DNA of 64,000 nt from Candidatus Latescibacterota bacterium (GTDB taxonomy: Bacteria; Latescibacterota; UBA2968; UBA8231): contig CBDFJF010000002.1 in the NCBI GenBank assembly GCA_965248265.1, positions 3,872,001 to 3,936,000 of the forward strand. The letters run 5' to 3'. The notes under the pieces are model-generated. The model did no database searches. It was given only the letters and a program-made list of their open reading frames with translations, and was not told the origin of the DNA. This document shows, piece after piece, positions 30,193-39,223 of the stretch. The translations under genes were made by a program, and so were the position numbers. Numbering within the stretch: the first letter of the stretch is position 1; every line of letters starts with the position of its first letter.

Positions 30193-30729
30193 ATGTCAGA
30201 TAATCCCGCTGGCTGGTGTCTTGGCGGTAGCCATCCGAACGACTATGAAGTCGGAGTGGATAGAGATAAGGCTTATAGCGGTGGGGCCAGCGGCTTCATC
30301 AAGTGCACAACACCGAATCCGGCTGGCTTTGGTGCCCTTCATCAAGTATGCAAAGCGGATAAGTTTCTCGGACAACGTCTCAGAATGTCCGCATTCCTCG
30401 CAGCCAAATTCGTACAGAACTGGACAGGTCTCCTGCTCAGGGTGGACGGGATCGCTGGAAACCTATTGAGTTTCGACAACATGCAAGATAGGCCGCTTAG
30501 GGGATCCTTCGATTGGGAGAGTTTCGATGTAGTTCTAGATGTTCCACACGATGGCCATCGCATGACGTTCGGACTTCTCCTTGTTGGCCCCGGACAGGTT
30601 TGGGTTGACAGCTTTGCGTTCGAGCAAGTAGGGAGCGAGGTACCTACTACAGGAAGGGGCAAACGCCGGGCGGAGCTCAACCTTCCAGACGGACCGGTGA
30701 ATCTTGGCTTTGAGGATAGTCAGATGTAG
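30193..30729 (+). CDS. Carbohydrate-binding-like beta-sandwich protein (cassette)
   Basis: GW..GS.P.DY, RVDG..FDNMQDRP.RG..DW, PVNLGFE. Confidence 0.75.
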   Translation: MSDNPAGWCLGGSHPNDYEVGVDRDKAYSGGASGFIKCTTPNPAGFGALHQVCKADKFLGQRLRMSAFLAAKFVQNWTGLLLRVDGIAGNLLSFDNMQDRPLRGSFDWESFDVVLDVPHDGHRMTFGLLLVGPGQVWVDSFAFEQVGSEVPTTGRGKRRAELNLPDGPVNLGFEDSQM

Positions 30730-30769
30730 TGGCTGCGTTGCTGATGAGAATGGTTAGCTCTGCGGCTTC

Positions 30770-30854
30770 GTATAACACGTCCGTGCCCGGCTTCGGGCGT
30801 ACGCCCTTCGCGCAATCCGCTTCGCGGGTTCGGGCGGCGGCGAAAACATTATGC
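30770..30854 (+). other. attC site with variant R' (ATT instead of GTT)
   Basis: GTATAAC..ATTATGC; TTCGTATAAC complements GTTATACGAA. Confidence 0.8.
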
Positions 30855-30895
30855 GAAGGCTTTGACCAAGATGCTATTTTCGTCTAGGAGGCAAG

Positions 30896-31348
30896 ATGCT
30901 CGATTCGTCCGGATTGGCTCCTTACCGCACGGTGCACACGGTTGCCGTGGCGCTATTGGCAACAGTTTGTGCAAGCCTGATCCATGCTGGGGTCCACTGG
31001 CTCCAACCTGAGTCGGCCCACGCTACGAGACTCTCAATGACTCCCATCCTTCCGTTTCTCGCCGCCTCGCTGTTTGCCGGAACCCGCGCCAAATTTAGGC
31101 ACGCACCTGAGGCGTTTCTGTGGCTCAACTCAATTATCTTGTCCGCAATCGGGGTTGGCGCGCGCGTCGGGCATGCAATTCTGAGCGACGGCCATTTCGC
31201 ACATCACATATATGTTGGAATCTCTTGGCCGTTTCTGGCAGTCATCACGTTTCAGTTTGGATTGGCGTCTGCTCTCTTTTTCGGGCTTGGATTTGGTTCG
31301 TGGCGACTATCAAAACGCGTGGGGGTGAATCCGCACCATCCTGACTGA
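30896..31348 (+). CDS. Membrane protein (cassette)
   Basis: RBS AGGAGG; four hydrophobic segments. Confidence 0.7.
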   Translation: MLDSSGLAPYRTVHTVAVALLATVCASLIHAGVHWLQPESAHATRLSMTPILPFLAASLFAGTRAKFRHAPEAFLWLNSIILSAIGVGARVGHAILSDGHFAHHIYVGISWPFLAVITFQFGLASALFFGLGFGSWRLSKRVGVNPHHPD

Positions 31349-31419
31349 GACCTGGTTCAGCCTTCTCGAATCGAGGTGCTGACCATGGCGGAACGACCTG
31401 CGCGAGTTGGGAAGCCATC

Positions 31420-31502
31420 GCATAACACCGTGCCCCCGGCTACGGCGCGTTCGCGCCTTCGCCCAACCGCTACGCGGTTCAGGGACACGAGAACCGTTAT
31501 GA
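31420..31502 (+). other. attC site (branched family)
   Basis: GCATAAC..CGTGCCCC / GGGACACG..GTTATGA. Confidence 0.85.
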
Positions 31503-31723
31503 GAAATGCCCAACTAATACTATCGCTTGTTCCACTGAACTACCAATGGCACGTTTCCATCAGGGGTACTTTATACGTCGACAGAAGAAGCAGATGATCA
31601 CATCAAATGCCGGGCTGGAAAGATGGGTCGCACATGGTATAGAGCGTAGATGAAAGGCATTTTTGCTGGGTCAATGGGATCGATTCCGTTTTTGTAGTTC
31701 AATCACGCGTTTGCAGGCGAAAA

Positions 31724-32197
31724 ATGATGTTGCCGAAAGCATACAAAAGCTTAAACCGCTTTTCAAAATGGATGATGGCTCTATCGCTCCCCTTTGTTAT
31801 TACAGGGTTGGTGTTCGTCGTGCATACCTATTTCTTCCTTCAGCAGGTAGTGCCTGGCAAGGGTACCATCATACAGTTGATGGAAAGACCCAATGATGCT
31901 GGCGACATGCTCTATGCCGCCGTCTTCACTTTTTTCGATGCCGACGGACAACAGCACAAGATCGTCTCGTCGACCGCTAGTAATCCTCCCATTGGTGATG
32001 TGGGGGACGACATTGCGATTCTATATGATCCGAATGATCCTGAAAATGCGGAAGAGGACCGATTTATCAACCTGTGGGGTCCAGCAGTCATTTTTACAGG
32101 ATTGGGATCGTTCTATTTCATCATGTTCTGGAGCGTAGCGTACTTTACCAAACGAAGGATGCAATCTGCGAACCAAGTACGAGAGGCGACGCCCTAG
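31724..32197 (+). CDS. DUF3592-like membrane protein (cassette)
   Basis: TM - SNPP..VGD.I.ILYDPNDP - TM. Confidence 0.8.
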   Translation: MMLPKAYKSLNRFSKWMMALSLPFVITGLVFVVHTYFFLQQVVPGKGTIIQLMERPNDAGDMLYAAVFTFFDADGQQHKIVSSTASNPPIGDVGDDIAILYDPNDPENAEEDRFINLWGPAVIFTGLGSFYFIMFWSVAYFTKRRMQSANQVREATP

Positions 32198-32261
32198 AAT
32201 CGTGCCTCAGTGCTATCGTTAACCATCAACGATTTAAATTTTAGTTCTGTTGGCACGATTT

Positions 32262-32289
32262 GGCACTTCTCATAAAAGCAGTTAAGCGT
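32262..32289 (+). other. Minimal attC/attI hybrid junction
   Basis: GGCACTTCTCATAAAAGCAG|TTAAGCGT; left part complements the cassette start at 31496, right part complements R'' at 32867. Confidence 0.75.
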
Positions 32290-32342
32290 CATAAAGCTAA
32301 TACACTCGTAGAATCCATATAGTCTTTGTTCCATAGGAAGGG

Positions 32343-32874
32343 ATGATAGGATTGAGGCGCGGCGTGGTTACGCTCAGCTCGCACGATCCAGACTGGCTCG
32401 GTTTGGGCGCAGATGCTTGCCGAGATGTCACGAAAGCCTGCGGCGACTTGATGGTTGTTGTTGAGCATGTTGGAAGCACTTCGGTACCTGGTCTGGTCGC
32501 CAAACCCATTATTGATGTTGCTCTCGGCTTTCAGTCCAAGGAACTAGCTCCTGCTTTGATACATTCACTCACCAGTGCTGGGTTCATCTATCGCGGCGAA
32601 GGCGAAGGAAGCGTCGGACTTGTGTTTGTTTGGGAGTCGGAGCCGGATGTGAGAACCATCCATGTGCATGCCGTGCTTCATGCCTCATCTCATTGGGCAG
32701 GACTACATTGTTTTTCGGGATATTCTCCGAGCGGACGCAACAGTCCGCGAGGAGTACGCGCAGCTGAAGCTCATGAATGCCCAAGCGTTCGCCCATGACC
32801 GCAAGGGGTACACCTCAGCGAAAGAGAAGTTTGTTCAGGGCGTACTGTCCCGAAGTGATCTTTACAACGCTTAA
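32343..32874 (+). pseudogene. GrpB-family protein, frameshift near 32696
   Basis: EHVGSTSVPGLVAKPIID then FRD.LR..YAQLK..YTSAK in another frame; extra G in CATTGGGCAG. Confidence 0.85.
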
Positions 32875-32959
32875 CAGCACCGTTCGCGCTGCGCGCCTTT
32901 CGGCGCTTGGCCTTCGGCAACCCGCATGCGCGGGTTCGCAAACCGGCAAAACGTTAAAT
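32869..32959 (+). other. attC site (branched family)
   Basis: GCTTAAC..GTTAAAT; the grpB stop codon lies in R''. Confidence 0.9.
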
Positions 32960-32983
32960 GACATGGGTTGAAGAGATCGCATT

Positions 32984-33499
32984 ATGCCATCAACTGTGCC
33001 GCGCACACGAAAGCAACTTTTGGACGTTGTAGAAACCGGATACGCAGAATTGCAAGCCGAGCTTGCCAAGGGCGACCCGAGACTTGGGAATGTAGTTTGC
33101 GTCGACGACTGGACCGTTAAGGAATTGCTTGCGGTGCGTTGTTGGTGGAGCGAAGCCGTCGTGTCGTGGGTCCGCACTGCACGCGACGGAGGAGAGTTGG
33201 ATCTTCCAGCTCCAGGTTTCAAATGGAACGAAACGCCCAAACTGAACGCCAGCATCGCCCGTCGGTCCAAGCGAGAGACATATCTTGGCGTCAAAAGGCG
33301 CCTTGACAAAGCCTATCAAGATGTGCTGGTGTTAATCGGTGAGTTGTCGGACCGGGAGCTGTGCAAGCCAGGCGTCCTTGGCTGGACAGTAAAATGCGCG
33401 GCATGTCAGTTGATTGCTCTAAACACGGCGCGGCAATACTGTACAGCTCGGACCTTCATTCGACGCACTCTTAAATCCATGCAGGACGCCGTGCACTGA
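32984..33499 (+). CDS. ClbS/DfsB (DinB-like) four-helix bundle protein (cassette)
   Basis: PRTRKQLL, WTVKELL, PAPGFKWNETPKLN, NT..QY. Confidence 0.8.
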   Translation: MPSTVPRTRKQLLDVVETGYAELQAELAKGDPRLGNVVCVDDWTVKELLAVRCWWSEAVVSWVRTARDGGELDLPAPGFKWNETPKLNASIARRSKRETYLGVKRRLDKAYQDVLVLIGELSDRELCKPGVLGWTVKCAACQLIALNTARQYCTARTFIRRTLKSMQDAVH

Positions 33500-33585
33500 A
33501 GAGACGCTTGGATTCCGGATTTATTGACTCTTCATGGACTTGAGAGACAAGGACTGGTGTTGGGTGTCAGGGAACAATGTCCGAC

Positions 33586-33606
33586 GTCATTTAAAAGCAG
33601 ATAACC
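33586..33606 (+). other. Minimal attC/attI hybrid junction
   Basis: GTCATTTAAAAGCAG|AT; GTCATTTAA complements cassette start TTAAATGAC at 32954. Confidence 0.7.
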
Positions 33607-33754
33607 GTCATGGCTATGAGATGCTGATCACATTGATCGAGATGAACTTATTGGGTGAAACCGGTCTCTGGGCACATGCCCTTCCCCTTTTCGCCGCCGA
33701 TGACAACAGGCAGTAAAAATCATTGAGCGGCCCTCCGCAGGCGCTCAAAAATGA

Positions 33755-34363
33755 ATGGAGAGCTTGATGGCAACTACTGAGACAGCGCTACTACTGCTTG
33801 ACCTCCAAAACGAGATTGTCGATCCGAAAGGGAAAGCAGGTGCAGAAGGCCTCGCTGGTCCGGTCGCCGAACGGAAAATTCTTGAACGGACAGCCGACTT
33901 GTTGAAGGCGGTTCGGACGAGAGGAATAGCGGTAATTCATGTGGTGGTCTGTTATCGTCCAGGCCACCCCGAGTTGCCACAGGCGGTGCCATTGGCCGAA
34001 TGGTTCAGAGAGGATGAATTATTGGTTGAAGGGAGTTGGGGAGCCCAGATACATCCCTTGGTCGCACCTTTCCCGAACGAAATTGTTGTAACCAAACGAG
34101 GGATCAGCGCCTTTGCCAGTTCAGACCTAGATGTCGTCCTCAGATCGTTGGGGATTTCGACAATAGTTCTGGCTGGAGTCGCAACGCGCTTTGTCGTTGA
34201 AGGGACGGCGCGAGATGCCTTTGAGAAGGGGTTTTCGTACATAGTGCTGGAAGACTGCTGTGCGAGCAGTAGTCCAGCGATGCATGAATCAGCGATTTCT
34301 TTCATGTCTAATTTTGGGGAGATCACTACCTCAAAGGAATGGTTACAAACCCTCGAGATATAG
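33755..34363 (+). CDS. Isochorismatase-family cysteine hydrolase (cassette)
   Basis: ALLLLDLQN, K..ISAF, GVAT, TARDA. Confidence 0.9.
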   Translation: MESLMATTETALLLLDLQNEIVDPKGKAGAEGLAGPVAERKILERTADLLKAVRTRGIAVIHVVVCYRPGHPELPQAVPLAEWFREDELLVEGSWGAQIHPLVAPFPNEIVVTKRGISAFASSDLDVVLRSLGISTIVLAGVATRFVVEGTARDAFEKGFSYIVLEDCCASSSPAMHESAISFMSNFGEITTSKEWLQTLEI

Positions 34364-34376
34364 GAGATTGCCCGTC

Positions 34377-34481
34377 GTCTAACAGCACGGTGATGCGCTG
34401 CGCCGCATGCGCGGCTTGGCCTTCGGCAACCACTCTTCGCTATGCGCTCAGAGCGGTCCGCAAACCGGCAAGGCGTTACGC
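34377..34481 (+). other. attC site (branched family)
   Basis: GTCTAAC..GCTTGGCCTTCGGCAACC..CGCAAACCGGCAAGGC GTTACGC. Confidence 0.85.
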
Positions 34482-34614
34482 GCAAGCTGAATCACCCGGG
34501 TTTCTCCGGATGCTCGATTGTGTGAGTCACGAAGTCAGCGAGTACTGCGTCCCTGGCAACTGCACTGCGTCTGCTTAGTCCGCAGGGCACTTTCTCTAAG
34601 ATCAAGAGGCAAGA

Positions 34615-35025
34615 GTGACTGAAGACCTCGATGTCCTACGTCAGATACTGCTCGAGTTCTGCGACGCGGAGCGGGTCGAGTTCGATGTCGCCTCGATTGA
34701 GGAATATCCCTCTGCTAGGCCGCCATTCAAGGCTCGCTGGAACGACGATGAAATCGTAGCGATCGAGATTGCCGAAGTCAGTCCCGGAGGCGGTCTTCCA
34801 CCGGTGTACTATGAATACATGGAACTCCCACGTTCGGAGGCGCCCGTGGATTTGCTCCTCCACTGTGAGAGCTGCCCACAGCCTGAGCCGGAACCAGGCG
34901 CAGCCGATAGCTTGAGGCAGTTGGAAGTCGATCTGCTCCTGCGTGGAGGAAGCCGACGGCAACCTTTCAGGAGACTGTGGCTCTACGAGCGGTCGACGAA
35001 GCAAGTATTGGGTTGTTATTACTGA
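34615..35025 (+). CDS. Hypothetical protein
   Basis: RBS GAGG; co-oriented within the array. Confidence 0.6.
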   Translation: MTEDLDVLRQILLEFCDAERVEFDVASIEEYPSARPPFKARWNDDEIVAIEIAEVSPGGGLPPVYYEYMELPRSEAPVDLLLHCESCPQPEPEPGAADSLRQLEVDLLLRGGSRRQPFRRLWLYERSTKQVLGCYY

Positions 35026-35039
35026 GGCGGTAAAACACC

Positions 35040-35615
35040 TTGTCCAATAGAGGTTTACTAAACCTTCCCGAGGAATTCGAGGACATTTTAACCGCGCAGG
35101 TCTTGCCCGGTCAGGGCAGGCCTATCGACTGGCCGCCACACCTAGCAAAGCATGAGTTCCTAGAGTTTTTGGTCCGACGCAATTATTGTCTGCACGGCTC
35201 TACCCACAAGAGCCTAACCATTCTGGAACCAAGGACGGCAAGTAGTCCGGTTGCAGGACAAGCAGAGACTGCTGTGTATGTCACTACGGATACACTCATG
35301 GCCCTATTTTTTGCAATCTTAGATAGATCAAAGATTTCATTCTTCGCTACCCGCTCTGATCCATCCTTTTTCTTTCTTTCTCCAGGGGCACTCCACCTGA
35401 AGCCGTGGACCGATGGCATGGTCTATATCTTCAAGCGGGACGATTTTGAATTTGCTGGCGGGCATCATGTGAGCTACCAACCCGTATCACCCGATGCGAA
35501 ATTGCAGTTGTCACCGTGCGACTTTCCTCTCTTCAATAGGATTTACGAGATTGAGAGTCTTGAGGAGACAGACGAGAAGTTCGAGAAGCTCAAAACCGAA
35601 TTCTACAGCCGATAA
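35040..35615 (+). CDS. Hypothetical protein (HGS..LEPR..VY motif, ART-fold-like)
   Basis: Stop codon lies in attC R''; RBS GAGG. Confidence 0.65.
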   Translation: MSNRGLLNLPEEFEDILTAQVLPGQGRPIDWPPHLAKHEFLEFLVRRNYCLHGSTHKSLTILEPRTASSPVAGQAETAVYVTTDTLMALFFAILDRSKISFFATRSDPSFFFLSPGALHLKPWTDGMVYIFKRDDFEFAGGHHVSYQPVSPDAKLQLSPCDFPLFNRIYEIESLEETDEKFEKLKTEFYSR

Positions 35616-35692
35616 CAGCGGGTTGATGCTGCGCGCCATACGGCGCTTGGCCCTCCGGGCAACCCCTTCGGGGGTTCATCAACCCAGCGGGG
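35610..35692 (+). other. Terminal attC lacking the R' GTT
   Basis: CGATAAC..GGGTTGATG / CATCAACCC with branched core; no GTT follows. Confidence 0.75.
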
Positions 35693-35694
35693 AA

Positions 35695-37017
35695 TCAGTC
35701 GGTCCCGCCGATGCAGTACAGGTGGGTCCCGGTGCGGATGAACAGCTGGTCTCCGGCCACCGCCATCGACGACAGGGTGAGGCTGCCGTCGAGTTCGTTG
35801 ACGTCCAGCTGCTGCAGCTTCGGTCCGGCGGCGAGGACCGTGGTGACGCCGTCCTCATTGGTGACGTACAGCTTGCCGTCCGCGAGCACGGGAGAGGCGC
35901 TGACTGAGCCTTCGGATGTGCGGTGAGGTCCCCACGTGAGGCGGCCAGTGGCGGCGTCAAGGCAGGTCACCTTCCCGCGGTCATCGACCATGTAGAAGTA
36001 ACCCTTGTCCGCGACCGGCGTAGGCACGTCAGGGGCGCCGGCGCCGGTCCAGCTCCAGGCCAAATCGTCGCTCGATACCGTCTCCGAGGCGCCGAGACGG
36101 AAGGCCTGCAACGGTTTCTCCACGGTCGGCACGAACAGCATGTCGCCGGCCACGACGGGCGAACCGACGATCCGGCAGGCGCCCCACTTCTCCGGATTGA
36201 GGCCACCGACGCGCCACACCTCCACACCGGTCGCCGGGTCGTGGGCGGTCACGTAATCGGCCCCGGACACCACGATCTCGCGCCGACCGTCACGCTCGAT
36301 GAGCACGGGCGTGGTGTAGGCGTCCGGCGACTCGGCGACCGCATCCGTATGACGCTCTCGACGCCACAGCACCTCCCCCGTGGCCGTGTCCAGGGCGATG
36401 ACGTAAGAAGGGTTGCCCGCCTGCTCCCCGTGGAGGACTGCGAGGATGAGCCTGCTTTCCGTGAGCAAGGGCGACGATGCATACCCGAACTGCATCCCGA
36501 ACCGGCCGTATTGCTCCTGCAAGTCCCGTCGCCAGACCACGTTTCCACCCATGTCCAGGGCGGTCACGAGTCCGGCGCCAGTGACCGTCCATACGTGCCT
36601 GCCATCGGTGACCGGAGACGGCGAGGTGTTGTCGTGCTTCCTGTGCATCTGGTTGCCGGTATCGAGTGATCGGCGCCAGAGCTCCGCGCCATCCGCTCTG
36701 GCGAGACACAAGAGCAACAGCGCATCCTCACCCGGGTCGTGTCCGGTCTCCGACGACTGAGTTCCCTCCACGGGCCTGCTCGCGGAGGTGACCAACACCC
36801 GATCTCCCCACACCACCGGCGAGCCGCCGCTCCACGACGGCAGCGGTGCCGACCAGGCGATGTTCTCGGCGGCGCTCCAGCTTGTGGGCAAGCCCGTCGA
36901 CGCACTGACGCCATTTCCGTGAGGGCCGCGCCACTGCGGCCAGTTCACATCGGCTTCGGTGTGCACGCTCCAGATCAGTGCGATAAGTACCGCAGCGCTT
37001 GTGCCACGCATAACCAT
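35695..37017 (-). CDS. PQQ-binding-like (BamB-like) beta-propeller protein
   Basis: Signal peptide, NWPQWRGP, SSP repeats, D..TG..LW, LFIRT..HLYCI. Confidence 0.9.
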   Translation of the reverse strand: MVMRGTSAAVLIALIWSVHTEADVNWPQWRGPHGNGVSASTGLPTSWSAAENIAWSAPLPSWSGGSPVVWGDRVLVTSASRPVEGTQSSETGHDPGEDALLLLCLARADGAELWRRSLDTGNQMHRKHDNTSPSPVTDGRHVWTVTGAGLVTALDMGGNVVWRRDLQEQYGRFGMQFGYASSPLLTESRLILAVLHGEQAGNPSYVIALDTATGEVLWRRERHTDAVAESPDAYTTPVLIERDGRREIVVSGADYVTAHDPATGVEVWRVGGLNPEKWGACRIVGSPVVAGDMLFVPTVEKPLQAFRLGASETVSSDDLAWSWTGAGAPDVPTPVADKGYFYMVDDRGKVTCLDAATGRLTWGPHRTSEGSVSASPVLADGKLYVTNEDGVTTVLAAGPKLQQLDVNELDGSLTLSSMAVAGDQLFIRTGTHLYCIGGTD

Positions 37018-37140
37018 GGACTCCCGTGTTTTCTGGCGAATTCGGTTGACGACCACTCAGTGTCGCCCGGGTTGCCATGGGGTCGGGCGCCCGTTCCCGG
37101 ACCGTGAGTATGGCAGCCAGTCATGAATATCTCGCAAGGA

Positions 37141-37169
37141 CGCCCATCAGTCTATCAGGACGATGCCCG
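37141..37169. repeat. 11-7-11 site (diverged)
   Basis: CGCCCATCAGT ctatcag GACGATGCCCG. Confidence 0.5.
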
Positions 37170-37356
37170 CACGGCATTTACGGAACCAACAACAGCTTGC
37201 TGGTATGCGCCGTCCGATTGCTGCTTCGTAGCCGCGACAGATATATGCCAGTGCCCAACATGCGGCCCCGGCTGTCTCGCCCGTTCCAGAAGACGTTGTA
37301 CGTTCCGGCGAGGCGGGGTCCGGACACCAGCGTCGTGACCTTCTGCCCCGCCAAGT

Positions 37357-39102
37357 CTACTGCCCCATCGGCGTGAGCCGCTCTACGAGCTGCGCCTCTG
37401 CTGGCACATCGAAGGCGAACAATCCTTTCGGCAGTTCTCCATCGATTTCGATGGCTACGTGCTTTTCCAACCGTCTCTTGACGATTTCCTCGCGCTGCCC
37501 AGCCGGGCTCTCAGTGAGTCCCGCGGCTGCGTCCACCCTTTGCTCGAACTCTACCTGACGGATCAGGTGATCATCCTGGCCCACCCACACTCGCATCGTG
37601 ATCGGATCATTTTCGGCGCCTGCGATTCTCGACATGTGCAGGGCCCTGGGGAAACGGTCTACCTCGAGCACGGTGGTCTGCGTCCCGTCCAGCTCGTCTG
37701 AGCCCACCATGCGCATGGCCGTCGTTCCGGTCATGAGCTCAGACAGCGGATCCTCGCTCAAGAGCAGTCGCAGCACGAGCCCGTCCAGAGGCATGCCCAT
37801 GGGTACCACGGCGTGCACGTCCGACCGCGAGAGTGTACCAGGCGCCTTCCGTTGCACATACTGCTTCCGGTCGAAAATCATACCCCGATCCAGGCCTGCG
37901 AAGAGCGTCTTGCCGTCGCTCACCACGACCAAGTCTCCACCTCGGGCTTCGTGATCCGTGACTCGGATTCGGTTCGGGCGTTCGAAGGCCAGCGTCGTGG
38001 GTCGGGCGCCATGCTGCTTCGCCATGCCATACCACACCGTTCTGATGTGAAGCGTCGTATCACGGTAGCTCCGCAGGCCGGCATACCGCGTCGCCACCTC
38101 GCGAAGCTCGTCCGGGATCGACAGCGGTGTCGCCACCAGCTCGACCTGCGCGTCACCAGACAAGGTGACATTGAGCGTCTCGCCCTCCCTGGCCCCGAAC
38201 CCCGGCAGTACCCCGATCGCATACCTGCCAGGCAGAAGATCCACGTGGAAGGCGCCATTTGCGTCCGTTCGAGCAGAGGCAGTGAGACGCCCTTCACGCA
38301 TGATACCGAGGACGAGCGCGTGGAAAGCCTCGCCCTCCAGTGTGCGCACCGTCCCCGTCAACGCTGCGGCTCGGCCCCGGGGAAGCGGCGCCACCGGCAC
38401 CAGCTCTCCGGTCGGGAACTGGCCTCCAGTCTGGACGGCCACTTTCGCCAACTCACCGGCTCTCCAGGAGATCCAGCTGCTCCGCGCCCCGCCATCTGCA
38501 TCAGCCACTGCGATGGCGAGTCCGACTGTGTCACCCGGGGTCGCCTCGAGCGGGATGGACCACTCGTAGACCGTCGTCGTCCCGAGCCGAACGACGGCGC
38601 CTTTGACATCGTAGCTCCCCGTACCGGGTGGAAATGACTGCGGTCCAGGATTCCGTTCGTGGCTGTCCCGACTCGGACCGACCCCCATGAAATAACGCTG
38701 CGCATCACCCGAGGTGCTGTGTTCGTCCACCCCGAGCACACAGCCGTCTTGGTCCTGGAACGGCAGGCCGAGTTCATCGTCCTCGACTACGACGGCCACG
38801 TACAGGTCGCCCGTGGCTTCGTCGTATCCCGTGTGAAAGCGCCCGGTGAAGTCCGCAGGACCATTGGGCGGTTCCCCTTGCAGGTGCGGAGAGGCCTCCC
38901 CGACTTCGGCGATAGGATGGGACACCATCCGCTCGGGCCAGTCTTCGAGCCTGCCATCGATGACGATGCCCCTCAGTGGGACTGCGTCTGCAAGGTACGG
39001 CTCATCACCTGCCGCCGACCAGGGCCGTCCTGCAACCGGGCAGAGGATCAGGAGCATCGTCCATCGAACTGTGCAAAGCGTCAGTGATCTGATATGGCTC
39101 AT
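37357..39102 (-). CDS. Secreted CBM9-like + carboxypeptidase-regulatory-like + LolA/DUF2092-like protein
   Basis: IDGRLEDW, TDANGAF..PGRY, FERPNRIR..VSDGKTL..F.FDVP..A. Confidence 0.7.
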   Translation of the reverse strand: MSHIRSLTLCTVRWTMLLILCPVAGRPWSAAGDEPYLADAVPLRGIVIDGRLEDWPERMVSHPIAEVGEASPHLQGEPPNGPADFTGRFHTGYDEATGDLYVAVVVEDDELGLPFQDQDGCVLGVDEHSTSGDAQRYFMGVGPSRDSHERNPGPQSFPPGTGSYDVKGAVVRLGTTTVYEWSIPLEATPGDTVGLAIAVADADGGARSSWISWRAGELAKVAVQTGGQFPTGELVPVAPLPRGRAAALTGTVRTLEGEAFHALVLGIMREGRLTASARTDANGAFHVDLLPGRYAIGVLPGFGAREGETLNVTLSGDAQVELVATPLSIPDELREVATRYAGLRSYRDTTLHIRTVWYGMAKQHGARPTTLAFERPNRIRVTDHEARGGDLVVVSDGKTLFAGLDRGMIFDRKQYVQRKAPGTLSRSDVHAVVPMGMPLDGLVLRLLLSEDPLSELMTGTTAMRMVGSDELDGTQTTVLEVDRFPRALHMSRIAGAENDPITMRVWVGQDDHLIRQVEFEQRVDAAAGLTESPAGQREEIVKRRLEKHVAIEIDGELPKGLFAFDVPAEAQLVERLTPMGQ

Positions 39103-39178
39103 TGCTGTGGCTCCTGTCGAGTATGCCAACCGGACCCATACAGTTGTCCAACTGTTTGCACGATGCAAGCCGCCGACG

Positions 39179-39207
39179 TGACCTGCAGATAATGAGTCCG
39201 ATGGTCA
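39179..39207. repeat. 11-7-11 site
   Basis: TGACCTGCAGA taatgag TCCGATGGTCA. Confidence 0.8.
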
Positions 39208-39223
39208 ATACTAGCACTGCAGG

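Larger units (their letters stand above)
18185..35692 (+). mobile_element. Integron cassette array with no integrase in the window (CALIN-like)
   Basis: Co-oriented short ORFs separated by attC sites; many cassette starts are reverse-complementary to their own R'' box. Confidence 0.9.

Noticed and set aside
32690-32700. Programmed frameshifting in the grpB or cyclase genes
   Set aside because: No slippery heptamer; single-base indels or sequencing errors are more likely
27192-35692. Repeats as a CRISPR array
   Set aside because: Repeats are 80-105 bp, variable, separated by whole genes and have attC boxes; no cas genes
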